DNA of 64,000 nt. It comes from a virus (taxonomy: Duplodnaviria; Caudoviricetes). The number at the start of each line of letters is the position of its first letter. The first letter of the stretch is position 1. A program made the position numbers and the translations under genes. The notes under the pieces were generated by a model, which was not told the DNA's origin, did no database searches, and worked only from the letters and a program-made list of their open reading frames with translations. Positions 60,980 through 64,000 of this stretch are shown piece by piece. The DNA lies in the IMG/VR virus record IMGVR_UViG_3300035670_000190, positions 1,576 to 65,575 of that record. One strand, given 5' to 3'.

Positions 60980-62215
60980 ATGAGCAAGACATTATCAGAA
61001 TCTGCTGCTGAAATTCTAAAAGCCTCAATGAACGCAGGCAAGGAACCAGCGCAAGTTATGGCTGCTGACATGCAAGATCTCGGCGGTCAAACACCAACAG
61101 AACTACCATCAGCCATTGGTGCTGCTGCTTCTGCTAACATGAAGCCAGCTGCAAAACCAGGAATGGAAGGTGTTCCAGCTGAGGGCATGAAAAAAGCTCC
61201 AGAAAAAGCCAAGAAAGTAGGCGATGAGGAAGAAAACCTCAAGAAGAATCCTATGGATGCTGGCGCAGTCAAAGCCGAAGAAACAGAAGTTGAAGGCGAA
61301 GTTGTAGCCGAAGAGTCTGAAGAAGAAACATCAGAAGTCGTTGCTGAAGAAGAGCAAGAAGAAATTGTTGCTGAATCAAAAGACGAAGATGAAGAAGACG
61401 AAGACGAAGACGAAGAAGACGAAGAAGACGAAGACGAAAAGAAAAAAGCCATGATGAAAGAAATGGTTAAGAAGCACAAGGGTTCCATGAAGGAAGACGT
61501 TGATGCTCTTTTTAATGGCGAATCTCTCTCTGAAGACTTCCGCGTCAAAGCAACATTGATTTTCGAAACAGCTGTTCAATCTCGCGTCGAAAAGATTGTT
61601 GAAGATGTACTAGCTGAAAACGATCAAGTTCTTTCAGAAGCTATCGACCAAATCAAATTAGAACTATCTGAGCAAGTTGATGACTATCTCAACTACGTTG
61701 TTGAGCAATGGATGGAAGAAAACCAAGTTGCTATCGAAACAGGTCTCCGTGCCGAGCTCGTTGGTGACTTCATCAATGGTCTAAAGAATTTGTTCGCAGA
61801 ACACTACATTGAAATCCCAGAAGAAAAAGTTGACGTTGCAGAAGAACTTGCACTTGAAGTTGCTTCAATGCAAGAAACTGTAGCAGAGAAAGAAGCAGCA
61901 ATTGCCGCTCTTACTGAAGAAGTCAATGTAGTCAAGAAAGAAAAACTAGTTCGCCTAGCATGTGAAGGTCTAACCGAAGTACAGGCTGGCAAAATGAAAT
62001 CGCTCGCAGAGAGCGTGGAGTTCACCACAGAGGGTGAGTTTAATGATAAGCTCGCAATTATCCGCGAGAACTACTTCCCAACAAAAACAAACGTGAAAAG
62101 TGAAGTAAAGGCTATTCAAGAAACAGCTGTTGAAGAGCCAGAAGAAGTAGCAGAAGTACACGGTATTATGGCACATTATGTAAAAGCTCTATCAAAAACG
62201 GCTCCAAAAGCCTAA
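60980..62215 (+). CDS. gp22: prohead scaffold/core protein
   Basis: Acidic N-terminal half; LSE.F..KA..IFE.AV, VD.YL.YV.E.W..EN..A.E.G and M..Y..A motifs. Confidence 0.93.
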   Translation: MSKTLSESAAEILKASMNAGKEPAQVMAADMQDLGGQTPTELPSAIGAAASANMKPAAKPGMEGVPAEGMKKAPEKAKKVGDEEENLKKNPMDAGAVKAEETEVEGEVVAEESEEETSEVVAEEEQEEIVAESKDEDEEDEDEDEEDEEDEDEKKKAMMKEMVKKHKGSMKEDVDALFNGESLSEDFRVKATLIFETAVQSRVEKIVEDVLAENDQVLSEAIDQIKLELSEQVDDYLNYVVEQWMEENQVAIETGLRAELVGDFINGLKNLFAEHYIEIPEEKVDVAEELALEVASMQETVAEKEAAIAALTEEVNVVKKEKLVRLACEGLTEVQAGKMKSLAESVEFTTEGEFNDKLAIIRENYFPTKTNVKSEVKAIQETAVEEPEEVAEVHGIMAHYVKALSKTAPKA

Positions 62216-62241
62216 TTTAATTTAACTGAGGAAACACTAAC

Positions 62242-63567
62242 ATGTATATTAACGAAACATATGCAAAGAAGTGGGCACCAGTTCTTGATCACCCAGAACT
62301 CCCAGCTATCAGCGACCAATACAAGCGTGCTGTAACAGCTCTCGTTCTAGAAAACCAAGAGCGTGCCCTACAAGAAGAAAACCGTTCAATGCAAAACCTA
62401 TGGGAAGCAACACCTGCTAACGCAATGAATTCAGGTGTAAACGGTCTTTCATCAGCATCAGGCGCAACAGTAGCTGGCTTCGACCCAATCCTAATCGGTT
62501 TGGTTCGTCGTGCTCTACCAAACCTAATGGCTTATGATGTTTGCGGCGTACAGCCAATGACAGGTCCAACAGGTTTGATCTTCGCAATGCGTTCACAATT
62601 TGCAAACGCATCATCTGTAACAGGCGAAGCACTCTATAATGAAGCAAACACTTCATATTCTGGTTCTGCTGGTGCAAACCCACTTGCAACATTGAATGCA
62701 AACATTGCAAACGTCACCCTAGCAAACACAGGTACTGGCGCTGCAACAAGCACATTCGAAGATCTATCAACATCACTAGCATATATGGGCTTCCAAATCG
62801 ATCGCGTTGCTGTTACAGCAAAAACACGTGGTCTACAAGCAGCCTACACGCTAGAACTTGCACAAGATCTCAAGGCAGTTCATGGTCTAGACGCAGAAAC
62901 AGAATTGACAAACATTTTGTCAACAGAAATTCTTGCAGAAATCAACCGTGAAGTTGTTCGCACGATCTATGCAACAGCAAACATCGGTGTAACTGGCGCT
63001 TCTTCAGCTGTATTTGATCTTTCAAAAGATACAGCAAACAACGGCACATCAGGTCGTTGGCAAGTTGAGAAGTACAAGTCACTATTGTTCCGCATCGAAC
63101 AAGCTGCTAACAAAATCGCAAAAGACACCCGTCGCGGAAAGGGCAACATGGTCATCGTCTCAACAGACGTTGCATCAGCCCTTGCAATGACAGGTCTTCT
63201 CGATTATAACTCAGCATTGTCAGGAAACACAAACCTAGCAGTTGACGACACAGGTAACAGCTTCGCTGGTACATTGTTCGGACGCATCAAGGTTTATGTT
63301 GACCCATATTCTGTATCTGGCACCGACTACGTCGTTGTTGGCTACAAGGGTACAACTCCTTATGACGCTGGTTTGTTCTATTGCCCATACGTCCCACTAC
63401 AAATGGTACGCGCTATCGACCCAACATCTTACCAACCAAAAGTTGGCTTCAAGACACGTTATGGTCTCGTCGCAAACCCATTCGCAACAGGCGCTGGAAC
63501 AGGTGCACTAGCAAACAACTCAAACTTCTACTATCGTAGATTTGAAGTTCTAAACATCAACCAATAA
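62242..63567 (+). CDS. gp23: major capsid protein
   Basis: KW.PVL, LENQE, GVQPMTGPTGLIFAMR, ELAQDLKAVHGLDA and YCPYVPLQMVRA....QP..GFKTRYG motifs. Confidence 0.98.
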   Translation: MYINETYAKKWAPVLDHPELPAISDQYKRAVTALVLENQERALQEENRSMQNLWEATPANAMNSGVNGLSSASGATVAGFDPILIGLVRRALPNLMAYDVCGVQPMTGPTGLIFAMRSQFANASSVTGEALYNEANTSYSGSAGANPLATLNANIANVTLANTGTGAATSTFEDLSTSLAYMGFQIDRVAVTAKTRGLQAAYTLELAQDLKAVHGLDAETELTNILSTEILAEINREVVRTIYATANIGVTGASSAVFDLSKDTANNGTSGRWQVEKYKSLLFRIEQAANKIAKDTRRGKGNMVIVSTDVASALAMTGLLDYNSALSGNTNLAVDDTGNSFAGTLFGRIKVYVDPYSVSGTDYVVVGYKGTTPYDAGLFYCPYVPLQMVRAIDPTSYQPKVGFKTRYGLVANPFATGAGTGALANNSNFYYRRFEVLNINQ

Positions 63568-63624
63568 TTGATGTGCTAGGAAAGTATTTGCCGACTTGAT
63601 AAGAACAATAAGGCAAAACTACTG

Positions 63625-63651
63625 AGGGGGAGCGAAAGCTCCCCCTTTTTT
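63625..63651 (+). terminator. intrinsic terminator after gp23
   Basis: AGGGGGAGC-GAAA-GCTCCCCCT hairpin with a GNRA loop followed by a T run. Confidence 0.93.
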
Positions 63652-63669
63652 ATTTGTAAAGGAAGAAAA

Positions 63670-64000
63670 ATGATATTATGCCATCTAAACAAAATAGGCG
63701 TGTTTTTCGCACCTAAAACTGGCAGTACATCCCTTCATAAATTGTTTAGCAATTATACTACAAATTTAAATAAACATGATCATATTACATATGAAGAATT
63801 GTTTAACAAACATCCTGAACTCATGTCATACGATTTTTATGCATTTTACAGAGAGCCTGCTGATCGCCTGCTAAGCGCATTGCTGTTTATAAAACAAAAA
63901 CGAAAACCAGATATGTTCCGAATCATTACAGGAACTAACCCAGAAAGACCTGATCGATTATCAGAAGAACAAACTAGCGTAGTCGACAACTATTCAGTAT
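63670..64000 (+). CDS. sulfotransferase-family protein, 3'-truncated (not in the ORF track)
   Basis: Manual translation: MILCHLNKIGVFFA-PKTGSTS-LHKLF...FYAFY-REPADRLLS. These match the 5'-PSB and 3'-PB PAPS-binding motifs. AAGGA RBS upstream. Confidence 0.8.
   Translation, partial: MILCHLNKIGVFFAPKTGSTSLHKLFSNYTTNLNKHDHITYEELFNKHPELMSYDFYAFYREPADRLLSALLFIKQKRKPDMFRIITGTNPERPDRLSEEQTSVVDNYSV

Noticed and set aside
61380-61445. GAAGAC microsatellite-like tract
   Set aside because: It encodes the Asp/Glu-rich linker expected in gp22 scaffold proteins.
53296-63567. Introns, inteins or homing endonucleases in terminase, portal or capsid genes
   Set aside because: The ORFs are continuous and of normal length, with no splicing or endonuclease motifs seen.
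1-64000. tRNA/rRNA genes, integrase, transposase, or recognisable T4 gp9-gp12/wac
   Set aside because: Intergenic gaps are too short for RNA genes and no such motifs were recognised. The lack of clear gp9-12/wac is common in cyanophage-like T4 relatives.

Overview
The window is the late structural module of a large T4-like myophage with a cyanophage-type gene order. All genes are on the + strand in the standard code. The order is baseplate wedge (gp25, gp6, gp7, gp8), a split VrlC/DUF4815-like pair, a ~34 kb accessory block, then neck, terminase, tail and head genes (gp13-gp23) and the start of a sulfotransferase that the ORF track missed. T4 late promoters (TATAAATA and variants) and two intrinsic terminators punctuate it. 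The accessory block (15.9-50.2 kb) is the interesting part and has four components. (i) Five collagen-containing fibre genes are built from a small shared set of modules. (ii) A repeating 'stalk with short C-terminal peptide -> ~110-aa adaptor -> head protein' gene grammar. (iii) Six paralogous six-bladed Kelch-like propellers: 36 blades with a near-constant framework and two hypervariable segments each. (iv) A cassette of glycosyltransferases and 2OG-Fe(II) oxygenases behind its own late promoter. I infer a modular, probably branched, diversified and chemically modified virion fibre/adhesin system. Family assignments come from motif recognition only; no database search was run and the host cannot be determined from this window.
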